Under the pieces are notes generated by a model. It did no database searches. It was not told the origin of the DNA and saw only the letters and a list, made by a program, of their open reading frames with translations. A DNA stretch of 64,000 nucleotides from an uncultured Rhodobacteraceae bacterium. GTDB lineage: Bacteria; Pseudomonadota; Alphaproteobacteria; Rhodobacterales; Rhodobacteraceae. The translations under genes and the position numbers were made by a program. The DNA lies in contig CANLYJ010000004.1 of the NCBI GenBank assembly GCA_947495295.1, forward strand, positions 198,841-262,840, read 5' to 3'. This document shows, piece after piece, positions 53,194 through 63,037 of this stretch (the first letter of the stretch is position 1; each line of letters starts with the position of its first letter).

Positions 53194-53229
53194 AAAAAAA
53201 GCCCGGCCAAGCGTTACGCTTGGCCGGGC
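53194..53229 (-). terminator. Rho-independent terminator downstream of the BI-1/YccA gene
   Basis: Minus strand reads GCCCGGCCAAGCG-TAA-CGCTTGGCCGGGC followed by TTTTTTT. 13-bp perfect stem. Confidence 0.85.
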
Positions 53230-53255
53230 CATTCGGTACCCGCCGGAGGCGAGGT

Positions 53256-54029
53256 TTATTCGCGGCTGCCGAAGAGTTGTAGCAGGAACATGAACATGTT
53301 GATGAAGTCCAGATACAGGTTCAACGCACCCATGATCGCGGATTTGGCCAACCATTCGCTGTCGCCGCTTGCGGCATGTGCGAGGTAGTCGTTCTTGATC
53401 TTTTGCGTGTCATAAGCTGTGAGGCCTGCGAAGATCAGCACACCAATTGCAGAGATCGCGAACATGATGGCAGGCGATTGCAGGAAGATGTTGACAATCA
53501 TCGCCACCAACAGACCGACTACACCCATGATCAGGAACGAACCCCAGCCAGAGATGTCTTTCTTTGTGGTGTATCCCCAAAGCGAGAGGCTAGCGAATGC
53601 GATCGCTGTGATCAGGAAGATCTGGATGATCGAAAATCCGGTGAAGACTGCGAAGATCCAGCTGATTGACACACCCATCGCGGCGGCAAAGACGTAAAAG
53701 AACGTCTGCGCACCAGCGGCTGAGAGCCGGTTGATCATTGCGCCGAACATGAACACCATGGCGAGCGGCAGGAACATCACGACCCATTTCAATGGTGTCG
53801 TGTAAAGTGTTACGCCCAGATCGGTCAGATAAGTCGATGCGCCTATCTGATAAGGTGTCGGATCACTGGACAATGCCAGACCTGAAATCGCCCAAGCCGC
53901 AGCAGCTGTGATCAGCATGCCAACAGACATGGTGCCGTAGACCTTGTTCATGTGGGCGCGTAGCCCTTCGTCGATGGCGGCGGTCCGAACACCGCCAACC
54001 GTTGATTTCATTGTCTCGTATTGAGCCAT
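53256..54029 (-). CDS. Bax inhibitor-1 / YccA family membrane protein
   Basis: 257 aa, 7 TM helices. MNKVYGTMSVGMLITA start region and C-terminal GALNLYLDFINMFMFLLQLFG. Confidence 0.85.
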   Translation of the reverse strand: MAQYETMKSTVGGVRTAAIDEGLRAHMNKVYGTMSVGMLITAAAAWAISGLALSSDPTPYQIGASTYLTDLGVTLYTTPLKWVVMFLPLAMVFMFGAMINRLSAAGAQTFFYVFAAAMGVSISWIFAVFTGFSIIQIFLITAIAFASLSLWGYTTKKDISGWGSFLIMGVVGLLVAMIVNIFLQSPAIMFAISAIGVLIFAGLTAYDTQKIKNDYLAHAASGDSEWLAKSAIMGALNLYLDFINMFMFLLQLFGSRE

Positions 54030-54181
54030 TTAGACCTCCAGAATAACCAGTGGCGCCGCAAAACGGCATCCTTGTTGCCAATATTGGCCGACAGAGCCCT
54101 TTTTTCAAGGCTCTGTCGGGGCGATTTCGTTAAATCTGATTATTTTGGGCGGGAATGTCGCAGGCCGAAGGAAATAAAGGG

Positions 54182-54403
54182 TTATCTCTGCCAATACGAT
54201 GGCGTATCCCAGATAGGTTTTTCTGCTTCGGTACGTGCTTGATGTTTGCTGAGCCCGATATCCCGAAGCTGATGCGGCTCCAACCGGGACAAATGGCGTC
54301 GCTGCCGCGCCACGGCAAGCATGTCTGCCACCGCATGAAACCATCCGCGTCGCGCCGGTTTGGTGCAAAGACCGGTGGATTTATGGAGTGTAAATATGGT
54401 CAT
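54182..54403 (-). CDS. DUF1127 domain small protein
   Basis: RQRRHLSRLEPHQLRDIGLS is the DUF1127 signature. 73 aa from ATG 54403. Confidence 0.75.
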   Translation of the reverse strand: MTIFTLHKSTGLCTKPARRGWFHAVADMLAVARQRRHLSRLEPHQLRDIGLSKHQARTEAEKPIWDTPSYWQR

Positions 54404-54519
54404 GTCATGCCCTTTCGTGATCAAGTGAAGCTATTTCATTCGAATGCTTGATATGTATCGCGGGTTCTGTCATGATAAAAACGAATATTTGATAGTTTAT
54501 ACATCAAGGATGTTGATGA

Positions 54520-55389
54520 ATGAGAAATCTTGATATGACAGCGTTGCGGTCGTTTGTGGCTGTGTCAGACACTGGCGGGGTAACCAAGGCGGCCGGGTTG
54601 CTGAACCTGACCCAGTCGGCGGTATCGATGCAGCTCAAACGGCTTGAAGAGTCGCTGAATGTATCGCTACTGGATCGGTCTGCCCGCGCCATTGGCCTGA
54701 CACCACAGGGCGAACAGCTGCTGAGCTATGCCCGGCGGATGCTTGCGCTGAATGACGAGATTTATGGCAAGCTAACAGCCGTCGAGTTTGAAGGTGAGGT
54801 TACATTGGGCGTCCCTCATGACGTGATTTACCCGGTCATCCCCAAGGTTTTGCAACGCTTTGCTGCGGCTTATCCGCGTGTCCGGGTGCAGCTGGTTTCA
54901 TCCTATACACGAAAGCTAAAAGAGCAGTTCAACCGAGGCGAGATTGATGTGATCCTGACGACCGAAGACAGCGTCGGTTTGGGGGGCGAGACGCTGGCTA
55001 AGCTGCCGCTTGTCTGGATGGGTGCGCCCGGTGGCCAGGCCTGGAAACAGCGCCCCTTGCGGCTGGCTTATGAGGGCCGGTGCATCTTTCGCCAATATGT
55101 GCAGCGTCGTCTGGATGAGGTTGGTATCCCTTGGGATATGGCCGTCGAAAGCAATTCAACCCGCACTGTCGAGGCGACAGTGAGCGCGGATTTGGCCGTG
55201 CATACGATGCTGGAAGGCACAGAACCGCGCCATTTTGAGTGCATCCAGCACGGCGGCAGCCTGCCCGATCTGATCGACGTGAATATCAATATGTATAGTG
55301 CGACAGTGCAGGACGGCCCGATCCTGCCTGACCTGGCAGAATTCCTGCGGGACGGGTTTCACACCTTGCGGATGCCGGTCATGGCGTGA
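54520..55389 (+). CDS. LysR family transcriptional regulator
   Basis: N-terminal HTH LRSFVAVSDTGGVTKAAGLLNLTQSAVSMQLKRLE plus a substrate-binding domain. Confidence 0.9.
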   Translation: MRNLDMTALRSFVAVSDTGGVTKAAGLLNLTQSAVSMQLKRLEESLNVSLLDRSARAIGLTPQGEQLLSYARRMLALNDEIYGKLTAVEFEGEVTLGVPHDVIYPVIPKVLQRFAAAYPRVRVQLVSSYTRKLKEQFNRGEIDVILTTEDSVGLGGETLAKLPLVWMGAPGGQAWKQRPLRLAYEGRCIFRQYVQRRLDEVGIPWDMAVESNSTRTVEATVSADLAVHTMLEGTEPRHFECIQHGGSLPDLIDVNINMYSATVQDGPILPDLAEFLRDGFHTLRMPVMA

Positions 55390-56338
55390 CAACAACCTTG
55401 CCGGTCGAGGTACGATTTCGCATGAGTTCCAATGCCTTGGCAGCATCCTTGAGTGGCATGACATGGCTGATATGCGGGCGTAAACGCCCTTGCGCGTACC
55501 ACGCCATTAACTCGTCCAGACTATCAGCCAGTGCGGTGGGGTTAAAGCGCAGGTAGCCCCCCCAATAGAAGCCGATCACGGTGATGTTCTTGACCAGAAT
55601 GATATTTGCAGGGATCGCGGGGACGTCGCCGCTGGCAAATCCGATGACGATAACGCGCGCCTCGCGGTTGCAGGCCCGCAATGCAGCCTTGAATGCATCA
55701 CCGCCGACCGGATCATAAACAACATCGGCCCCGCCCAAGGCCCTGACCGCCTCTGTGATGTCTTCTGTTGTACTGTCGATCAGATGATCGGCCCCGGCGC
55801 TTTTGGCCACGGCCAGCTTGTCAGCGCCGCGCGCGACGGCGATCACGGTCGCCCCCATTGCCTTGCCGATTTCAACGGCGGTCAGTCCAACGCCACCGGC
55901 CGCGCCCAGCACAAGAAGTGTTTCGCCTTTTTGCAGTTGCGCGCGTCGTGTCAGCACCAGATGCGACGTCCCGTAAGCCACCATGAAACCGGCCGCCACG
56001 TCAGAGGGCATGTCATCGGGCACCGGGCGGCACAGGGCCGCCGGGAACACACCTTGTTCGGCCAATCCGCCATTGCCACCAAATACGGCGACACGGGTTC
56101 CAATCGCCGGCGTCGTTACGTTTGGCCCAAGTGCCGTGACGGTCCCGCAAACCTCCATACCCAGGGTAAAGGGCGGCACCGGTGTGTCCTGATAAGTGCC
56201 CTTTGCCATAAGCAAATCTGCGAAGTTCAGACCGCACGCTGCAATGTCAAGGAGAACCTCATCATTTTTTGCAATCGGAGCGGGAACATTCTCGACTGTT
56301 GGGGCGTTATCAAACGATGACACTAGAAATGCGCGCAT
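55379..56338 (-). CDS. NADPH:quinone oxidoreductase / MDR family zinc-type dehydrogenase
   Basis: GLNFADLLMAKGTY, LVLGAAGGVGLTAVEIGKAMGA Rossmann motif. 319 aa. Confidence 0.85.
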   Translation of the reverse strand: MRAFLVSSFDNAPTVENVPAPIAKNDEVLLDIAACGLNFADLLMAKGTYQDTPVPPFTLGMEVCGTVTALGPNVTTPAIGTRVAVFGGNGGLAEQGVFPAALCRPVPDDMPSDVAAGFMVAYGTSHLVLTRRAQLQKGETLLVLGAAGGVGLTAVEIGKAMGATVIAVARGADKLAVAKSAGADHLIDSTTEDITEAVRALGGADVVYDPVGGDAFKAALRACNREARVIVIGFASGDVPAIPANIILVKNITVIGFYWGGYLRFNPTALADSLDELMAWYAQGRLRPHISHVMPLKDAAKALELMRNRTSTGKVVVTP

Positions 56339-56615
56339 ACGAAACGAATCCTCCTTGGTATGACTTTATTAACCCTTATCAACAAAACATGGGTCGGTAT
56401 GAAAGGACAGCGGCTTTGACCGCTTGGGCAAAAAGTGTCATCATGAACCTGTCTTTAAGGTCAGGTCTGTTACTGCAACCGTTGCGTGTTACGAGTGATT
56501 GGTGTCATGCACATCATCATTCTAAACGCGTTGATGGGTTGGGGAACGCGCGAAACGCTGTATCGGGCACTGGCGACACATATGCCGTGTTCTTTCAAAC
56601 TAAGGAAACGAACAA

Positions 56616-56987
56616 ATGAAACATCCTGTAGATGTACATGTAGGCAAGCGAATTAGGCACCGCCGCTGGATGAGCGGGACGACCCAGCAACAGCTTGCTG
56701 AGAAGGTGGGCATCAAGTTTCAGCAAATCCAGAAATATGAAACGGGCATGAACCGGGTCAGCGCATCGCGGCTCTGGGATATTGCGAAAGTGCTGAACGT
56801 ACCTGTGTCATTCTTTTTCGAGGGGCTTGATACTCAACCTCCGGCTGACGGCGCCAATAGTGATATGCCGGGTGATATCCTGACCGACAAGGAAGCGTTG
56901 GAGCTGTTGCGCTCTTACTACGCGATCCCCGAAAACCAGCGTCGTCGTCTGTTCGATCTTGCCCGCGTTCTAAGCGAAGCGGCCTGA
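56616..56987 (+). CDS. XRE family helix-turn-helix transcriptional regulator
   Basis: VGKRIRHRRWMSGTTQQQLAEKVGIKFQQIQKYETGMNRVSASRLWDIA is a conserved alphaproteobacterial XRE regulator pattern. Confidence 0.85.
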   Translation: MKHPVDVHVGKRIRHRRWMSGTTQQQLAEKVGIKFQQIQKYETGMNRVSASRLWDIAKVLNVPVSFFFEGLDTQPPADGANSDMPGDILTDKEALELLRSYYAIPENQRRRLFDLARVLSEAA

Positions 56988-57056
56988 TCGCGGGCTTGAC
57001 CCTTTATCTGCCCCACGCTACCGCCGAGGTAAGCGCAGGGCAGATAAGGATCGATC

Positions 57057-57866
57057 ATGCCACTCGATACCACGACGAAAGCGGATTTGATCCGTGTGGC
57101 GCATTTACTTGCAGATGCAGCCCGGCCTGAAACACTTCGTCTGTTTCGCCAACCAGCCCTTTCCACCGATAATAAACTGGATGGCGGTTTTGATCCTGTC
57201 ACCGAAGCTGACCGCGCGGCAGAGCGCGCGATGCGTGCTGTGTTGGCCAATGAACGCCCTGATGACAGTATTCTGGGCGAAGAGTTTGGCCATTATCAGG
57301 GCACCACTGAATTTACCTGGGTGCTGGACCCGATTGATGGCACGCGCGGCTATATCAGTGGCACCCCGACTTGGGGGGTTCTGATTTCGGTGGCTGATAC
57401 CACTGGCCCTTTGTTCGGCATCATTGACCAGCCCTATATCGGTGAACGGTTTATCGGTGGGTTCGACCTGGCCCGGATCACCGGGCCGCGCGGCCAGCAA
57501 GCCCTGACCACCAGCACCGTCACCGGTCTGGCAGCGGCCACCGTGCTGACGACGTTTCCCGAAGTGGGGACAGAGTTAGAGATGCGGGCGTTTCAGGCTG
57601 TCGCCGGTCAGACACTTCTGACCCGCTATGGCATGGATTGTTACGGTTACGCCTTGCTGGCAGCCGGGCAGGTGGATTTGGTGATTGAGGCGGGGTTGAA
57701 CCCTTACGATATTCAGGCGCCGATTGCCGTGGTGACGGCGGCAGGTGGCATCGTGACGGATTGGGCAGGCGGCCCCGCCCATCAAGGTGGTCGGGCCCTT
57801 GCAGCCGCGAACCCCGCAATTCACGCCGCGGCCTTGTCCGTTTTGAAAGATGTGATTGATGGCTGA
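57057..57866 (+). CDS. Inositol monophosphatase family protein (probable histidinol-phosphatase HisN)
   Basis: IMPase motifs ILGEEFG, WVLDPIDGTRGYISG, YGMDCYGYALLAAGQVD. Confidence 0.75.
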   Translation: MPLDTTTKADLIRVAHLLADAARPETLRLFRQPALSTDNKLDGGFDPVTEADRAAERAMRAVLANERPDDSILGEEFGHYQGTTEFTWVLDPIDGTRGYISGTPTWGVLISVADTTGPLFGIIDQPYIGERFIGGFDLARITGPRGQQALTTSTVTGLAAATVLTTFPEVGTELEMRAFQAVAGQTLLTRYGMDCYGYALLAAGQVDLVIEAGLNPYDIQAPIAVVTAAGGIVTDWAGGPAHQGGRALAAANPAIHAAALSVLKDVIDG

Positions 57867-59196
57867 TCTGCTTATCAAAAACGCCGCTGTCGTTCTGACG
57901 ATGGATGACAGCCGCCGCGAATTGGCAAATGCCGATATCAGGATTGCAGATGGTGTGATTGCCGATGTTGGGCAGGGGCTGCCGGTGGATGGCTGTGCGG
58001 TGTTTGATGCGGCGGATACTGTTGTCACCCCCGGATTGGTGAATACGCATCATCATCTCTACCAGACATTGACCCGGGCCGTGCCCGCCGCACAGGACGC
58101 GCTGTTATTTGGCTGGTTACAGACGCTGTATCCAATCTGGTCCCGCTTTGGCCCGGAAGAGATGTTCGTGTCGGCCCAGGTGGGTTTGGCCGAACTGGCG
58201 TTGTCGGGCTGCACACTGACATCTGATCACCTGTACCTCTATCCCAATGGTGCCCGGCTGGATGATACTATTGCCGCTGCGGCCGAGGTCGGTCTGCGCT
58301 TTCACCCCACACGCGGCGCGATGAGCATTGGGGAAAGTGCGGGCGGCCTGCCGCCCGATGCGCTGGTTGAGGGCGAAAATGCCATTCTGGAGGACTGCAT
58401 CCGGGTCATTGATGCGTTTCACGATCCCGGTCCGGGCGCCATGGTTTGCGTCGGTGTCGCCCCTTGTAGCCCGTTTTCAGTCAGCCGTGATCTGATGCGG
58501 GACGCCGCCCTGCTGGCCCGCGACAAGGGCGTCATGCTGCACACCCATCTGGCCGAAAATGACCAGGATATCGCCTATTCACTGGAACAGTTCGGTTGTC
58601 GCCCCGGCCAATATGCCGAAGATCTGGGATGGGTCGGCGATGATGTCTGGCATGCCCACTGTGTAAAGCTGGATCGGCAAGAGATTGATTTGTTCGCTCG
58701 GACCCGAACTGGCGTAGCCCATTGCCCTTGTTCCAATTGCAGGCTTGGATCTGGTATCGCGCCGGTGCGCCAGATGCGCGATGCGGGCGTGCCTGTTGGG
58801 CTGGGTGTGGATGGGTCGGCCAGCAATGATGTGGGGAACATCATGGCGGAGGCACGTCAGGCGATGCTGCTGCAACGTGTCCAGAATGGCGCGGATGCAA
58901 TGTCTGCCCGCGCGGTATTGGAGATCGCGACCCGTGGCGGTGCCCAGGTTCTGGGTCGTGATGATTGTGGCCAGATTGCTGTTGGCAAACGTGCCGATAT
59001 CGCGATTTGGGATGCGCAATCGGTTGAGGCGGCGGGGTCCTGGGACCCTGCGGCACTGGTCTTGGCTGGGCCGATGAAGGTGCGCGACCTGTTTGTCGAA
59101 GGCCGTCAGGTTGTGGCGGGTGGCCATATGCAGACCATTGATCTGCCGCGCGTGATCGAACGACAAAACACCTTGGCCCGCCGCTTGGCTGAATGA
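57859..59196 (+). CDS. Amidohydrolase, 8-oxoguanine deaminase-like
   Basis: LLIKNAAVVLTMDD..., metal ligands NTHHHLYQ, HTHLAEN, HCVKL, DGSASND. ATG 57859 overlaps the hisN-like stop. Confidence 0.7.
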   Translation: MADLLIKNAAVVLTMDDSRRELANADIRIADGVIADVGQGLPVDGCAVFDAADTVVTPGLVNTHHHLYQTLTRAVPAAQDALLFGWLQTLYPIWSRFGPEEMFVSAQVGLAELALSGCTLTSDHLYLYPNGARLDDTIAAAAEVGLRFHPTRGAMSIGESAGGLPPDALVEGENAILEDCIRVIDAFHDPGPGAMVCVGVAPCSPFSVSRDLMRDAALLARDKGVMLHTHLAENDQDIAYSLEQFGCRPGQYAEDLGWVGDDVWHAHCVKLDRQEIDLFARTRTGVAHCPCSNCRLGSGIAPVRQMRDAGVPVGLGVDGSASNDVGNIMAEARQAMLLQRVQNGADAMSARAVLEIATRGGAQVLGRDDCGQIAVGKRADIAIWDAQSVEAAGSWDPAALVLAGPMKVRDLFVEGRQVVAGGHMQTIDLPRVIERQNTLARRLAE

Positions 59197-59237
59197 TCGC
59201 GCTGGGTTAGGCTTGCCATGAGCAAGGTGGAGTAGAC

Positions 59238-59699
59238 ATGCCCAGAATTTTGATGACGGTACTCGCAGCGACGTTGATGGCGTGCAGCGCGCCGCAAACG
59301 ACCGTACCGACGGATGCAGCGCCGCGCGTTGTACCAACCGATGCGTTCACAACCCAACTGAACGGGTTGCGCCAGTCCAACGGTCTGGGGCTGGTAGTGC
59401 CAAGCCCCCAATTGGCGCAAGCTGCAACGGCCCATGCCCGCGACATGTCGCAACGTGGCTATTTTGCGCATCGCGCGCCGGATGGCAGCCGTGCTGATCG
59501 CCGGATCGCACAGACCGGCTATAGCGCCTGTGGCTGGGCCGAAAATCTGGGTTCTGCATTGCCGAACCGGTCCGCCGCATTCGCTGCCTGGCAGGGTTCG
59601 CCATTGCATCTTAAAAATATGCTCGGGGCGAATTATACCGAATACGGGCTGGGCGAAGCGGGCGGCAACTGGGTTCTGTTGATGGCTAGGCCCTGCTAG
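59238..59699 (+). CDS. CAP/SCP domain lipoprotein
   Basis: Lipobox TLMACS. CAP motifs YFAHRAPDGS and WQGSPLHLKNML. Second CAP protein in the window. Confidence 0.8.
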   Translation: MPRILMTVLAATLMACSAPQTTVPTDAAPRVVPTDAFTTQLNGLRQSNGLGLVVPSPQLAQAATAHARDMSQRGYFAHRAPDGSRADRRIAQTGYSACGWAENLGSALPNRSAAFAAWQGSPLHLKNMLGANYTEYGLGEAGGNWVLLMARPC

Positions 59700-60981
59700 C
59701 CGGCCTTCCCGCGACCCACACATCTGCAATCGCCCTGTCGTCGCCCATCATAATGGTTGGAAACAGGGCATCCCAGATATCATGCGCCTTTTCAAACCGT
59801 TGCGCGATGGCGGCGGTTGATGCAAGGTCCAGCACAATGATATCGGCCATGCCTCCGGCGTTTAGGTGGCCAATCTGGCCTTGCATATGCAGCGCTTGCG
59901 CTGATCCTTCTGTGGCCAGCCACATCAATTGCGCCGGGTGTAGGGCCACACCGCGCAGTTGCCCAATCTCGTAAGCTGCCGCCATGGTCCGCAACATCGA
60001 AAAGGATGATCCGCCGCCGGTATCTGTCGCCAAACCGATGCGCAGCCCGGCCTTTGCCAGCCCCATCATGTCAAACAGGCCGGAGCCGATGAACGTGTTC
60101 GATGTCGGGCAATGCACCACTGCGGCCCCGACCTCTTTCAACCGTGCGATTTCACGGTCGTCCAGATGAATGGCGTGGCCATAAAGCCCCCGTTCACCCA
60201 GCAGGCCGAAGGTTTCGTAAGTATCCAGATAGTCGCGTGCGTCGGGAAACAGCGTTTTGACCCACGCGATCTCAGGATGTTGTTCACTGAGATGCGTTTG
60301 CATCAGGCAACCCGGATGCTCACCCCAAAGCGCACCAAGTGCGGCCAGTTGATCCGGCGTTGAGGTCGGCGAAAAGCGTGGCGTAATTGCATATTGCCCG
60401 CGCCCCTTGCCATGCCATTTTTCCAGCAGCGCTTTGCTATCATCATAGGCGGATTGTGCCGTGTCGCGCAGATCATCGGGCGCGTTGCGATCCATGCAGG
60501 TCTTTCCCGCGACGACCGCCATATTGCGCGCGCCCGCCGCCGCAAAAAACGCATCCACACTCTCTGGGTGGATCGTACAAAAGCTGGTCAGCGTTGTGGT
60601 GCCGTGAGCCAGTGCCAGATCAAGGGTCCGACCTGCCACGTCCGCCGCATAGGCCGGATCGCCGAAACGGGCCTCTTCTGGAAACGTATAGGTGTTCAGC
60701 CAGTCGATCAGTTGTTTGCCCCAGCTCGCGATCATGCCGGTTTGCGGATAATGCATATGGGCATCGACAAAGCCCGCGCTGATCAGCCCCCCACCATAAT
60801 CGGTCACAGTGGCATCAGGATGGTCAGCTTTCAGCGCCTGCCCGTTCCCGACAGCGGTAATACGATCACCTTCGATCAAAATGCCGCCCGCGCTGTCGAA
60901 TTGCACTGCATTGGCCCAATCCCCGATCAGGGGATTGCCGGAAAAACCAAGGGTTTGGCCAAGAAGAAGCTGCTTTGTCAT
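59686..60981 (-). CDS. guaD: Guanine deaminase
   Basis: 431 aa. FVDAHMHYPQ, MQTHLSEQ, HAIHL, GLATDTGGG ligand set and overall guanine deaminase layout. Confidence 0.8.
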   Translation of the reverse strand: MTKQLLLGQTLGFSGNPLIGDWANAVQFDSAGGILIEGDRITAVGNGQALKADHPDATVTDYGGGLISAGFVDAHMHYPQTGMIASWGKQLIDWLNTYTFPEEARFGDPAYAADVAGRTLDLALAHGTTTLTSFCTIHPESVDAFFAAAGARNMAVVAGKTCMDRNAPDDLRDTAQSAYDDSKALLEKWHGKGRGQYAITPRFSPTSTPDQLAALGALWGEHPGCLMQTHLSEQHPEIAWVKTLFPDARDYLDTYETFGLLGERGLYGHAIHLDDREIARLKEVGAAVVHCPTSNTFIGSGLFDMMGLAKAGLRIGLATDTGGGSSFSMLRTMAAAYEIGQLRGVALHPAQLMWLATEGSAQALHMQGQIGHLNAGGMADIIVLDLASTAAIAQRFEKAHDIWDALFPTIMMGDDRAIADVWVAGRPASRA

Positions 60982-61079
60982 GCGCTGACCATATGCGCGT
61001 GAAACAACAGCGTAAATCGCCGAATGCGCGTTGTAAGACAGCGCTGATCGATTATGTTGCAGGCCAGCGAGGGCAGATC

Positions 61080-62453
61080 ATGGCGGAACCGCAGGAAAAC
61101 ACCGAGGACGAAGCATTCGGCATCACGGACCGGTTGGTCAATGATGTGATGGAAGCTGTTCGCGAAGGCGGCACCGACTGGGTCGAGGCGCTGCTTAAAC
61201 CGTTGCACCCCGCCGATGTGGCCCATCTGCTGGAACAGATCGATCCCCGTGACCGGCGCGATTTGCTGGCGGTCTGGCAGGGCGGGATGGACGGCGATGT
61301 TCTGTCCGAGCTGGATGAAGGCCTGCGCGAAGAGGTGATCGAACAGCTTGCGCCTGCTGATCTTGCCGACGCGGTGCGCGATCTGGAAAGCGACGATGTT
61401 GTCGATCTGGTCGAATACCTTGGTGATGAGCAACAAGAGGCGGTTCTGGATGCGCTCGATGCGGGTGACCGTGTCGTTGTCGAACAGGCGCTGTCTTATC
61501 CAGAAGAATCCGCCGGCCGTCACATGCAATCCGAACTGGTCCGCGCTCCGGAACACTGGAATGTGGGCGAGGCGATTGACTACCTGCGGTCCGATGTCGT
61601 GCTGCCCGATCAGTTTTACCACATCATTCTGGTTGATCCGCGCCTGAAAGCGGTGGGTTATGTGACGCTTGGCCGGATACTAAGCCATCCGCGCGATATG
61701 CTGCTAAAGGACCTGACCGAGGACACGTTTCGCACATTTCATGTCGCCCAAGACGTGGAGGAGGTGGCCCAAGCGATCAACCACTACCACATGATCACCG
61801 CCCCGGTGGTGGATGATGACGACCGCATTGTCGGGGTGATCACAATCGATGACGCCATGGCTTTTCTTGAGGAAGAGGCAGAGGAAGACATCCTGCGCCT
61901 TGCTGGTGTTGGCGAGGGTAGTTTATCCGATAAGGTGATTGAGACGACCAAGCGGCGCTTTCCCTGGCTGGCCGTCAACCTGGTGACAGCGATTTTTGCT
62001 TCCCTTGTGATATCGCTTTTTGAAGAAACCATCGCCGGTCTGGTCGCACTGGCCGTGCTGATGCCGATTGTTGCGTCAATGGGCGGCAATGCAGGCACAC
62101 AATCGTTGACCGTGGCGGTACGTGCCTTGGCGACCCGCGATTTGACCACCGCAAACGTCTGGCGCGTCATCAAGCGTGAAGTTTTGGTGGGGCTGATAAA
62201 TGGCCTGATCTTTGCCGTTGTGATGGGGGTTGTCGGCGTCGTCTGGTTCGGCTCACCCATGTTGGGCGTTGTGATCGCGGTAGCGATGGTGATCAATCTG
62301 GTAGTGGCTGGACTGGCCGGTACAGTGATCCCGGTCATACTTGAAAAGATGGGGGTCGATCCGGCCCTCGCATCCGGTGCTTTTGTCACGACCGTGACGG
62401 ATGTTGTCGGCTTCTTTGCCTTTTTGGGCCTTGCTGCGATGTGGTTGTTGTAA
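61080..62453 (+). CDS. mgtE: Magnesium transporter MgtE
   Basis: N-domain, tandem CBS (ITAPVVDDDDRIVGVITIDD), TM domain with GNAGTQS motif. Start at ATG 61080. Confidence 0.9.
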   Translation: MAEPQENTEDEAFGITDRLVNDVMEAVREGGTDWVEALLKPLHPADVAHLLEQIDPRDRRDLLAVWQGGMDGDVLSELDEGLREEVIEQLAPADLADAVRDLESDDVVDLVEYLGDEQQEAVLDALDAGDRVVVEQALSYPEESAGRHMQSELVRAPEHWNVGEAIDYLRSDVVLPDQFYHIILVDPRLKAVGYVTLGRILSHPRDMLLKDLTEDTFRTFHVAQDVEEVAQAINHYHMITAPVVDDDDRIVGVITIDDAMAFLEEEAEEDILRLAGVGEGSLSDKVIETTKRRFPWLAVNLVTAIFASLVISLFEETIAGLVALAVLMPIVASMGGNAGTQSLTVAVRALATRDLTTANVWRVIKREVLVGLINGLIFAVVMGVVGVVWFGSPMLGVVIAVAMVINLVVAGLAGTVIPVILEKMGVDPALASGAFVTTVTDVVGFFAFLGLAAMWLL

Positions 62454-62993
62454 ATGGATAAATCTGATGCACGCGCCGCTGCCTTTGCGCGCCGTAAGCT
62501 GGCGCATCAGGCAGGGCAGGGGACAGCCGGATATCTGAGCGAGGTGCTGGCGGGATATCGGGGTGTGCCGCTGGCCGGTTACATGGCGATGCGCACCGAA
62601 ATTGATCCGACGGCGGCAATGGAAGAGGCCGCTGCCCACGGCCCTGTCGGCGTGCCTGTCATCATGGGTGCTGGCCAACCGCTGCGGTTTCGTATCTGGG
62701 AGCCCGGCTGTGCGATGATCCCGGGTGAATTTGGCGCGCACATCCCGGCAGAGGGGGCGTGGATGGAGCCCGAAATCCTGATCGTCCCTTTGGTGGCCTT
62801 TGACAGACGGGGTGGTCGACTGGGCTATGGCGGCGGATTTTATGACCGCACGTTGGAAGGGTTGCGGGCAAAGCGGCCAACCATGGCAATTGGCTTTGCC
62901 TATGCTGCCCAAGAAGACGAGGGCCTGCCACTGGAGCCGACCGATCAGCCGCTTGATCTGATTGTGACTGAAAACGGTGTGCTGACGCCGTAA
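62454..62993 (+). CDS. 5-formyltetrahydrofolate cyclo-ligase
   Basis: 179 aa. LIVPLVAFDRRGGRLGYGGGFYDR signature. Starts 1 nt after the mgtE stop. Confidence 0.85.
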   Translation: MDKSDARAAAFARRKLAHQAGQGTAGYLSEVLAGYRGVPLAGYMAMRTEIDPTAAMEEAAAHGPVGVPVIMGAGQPLRFRIWEPGCAMIPGEFGAHIPAEGAWMEPEILIVPLVAFDRRGGRLGYGGGFYDRTLEGLRAKRPTMAIGFAYAAQEDEGLPLEPTDQPLDLIVTENGVLTP

Positions 62994-63037
62994 AGAAACT
63001 ACTAGAAGATTCCGCGCCCAACGCCTAACACTGCCCA

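Noticed and set aside
52990-53355. 121-aa minus-strand ORF between rlmB and the BI-1 gene
   Set aside because: It spans the strong rho-independent terminator at 53194-53229 and overlaps the 3' end of the BI-1 gene. Only its last ~41 codons are free-standing, and they have no recognisable features.
56339-56615. Regulatory RNA in the 277-nt leader upstream of the XRE regulator
   Set aside because: I saw no conserved riboswitch motifs or strong terminator/antiterminator pairs. It is more likely just a divergent promoter region shared with the quinone oxidoreductase gene.
62400-63037. A 6S RNA (ssrS) next to the 5-formyltetrahydrofolate cyclo-ligase gene, as in E. coli
   Set aside because: mgtE ends 1 nt before the cyclo-ligase start, and only 44 nt follow its stop, so there is no room for a ~180-nt RNA.
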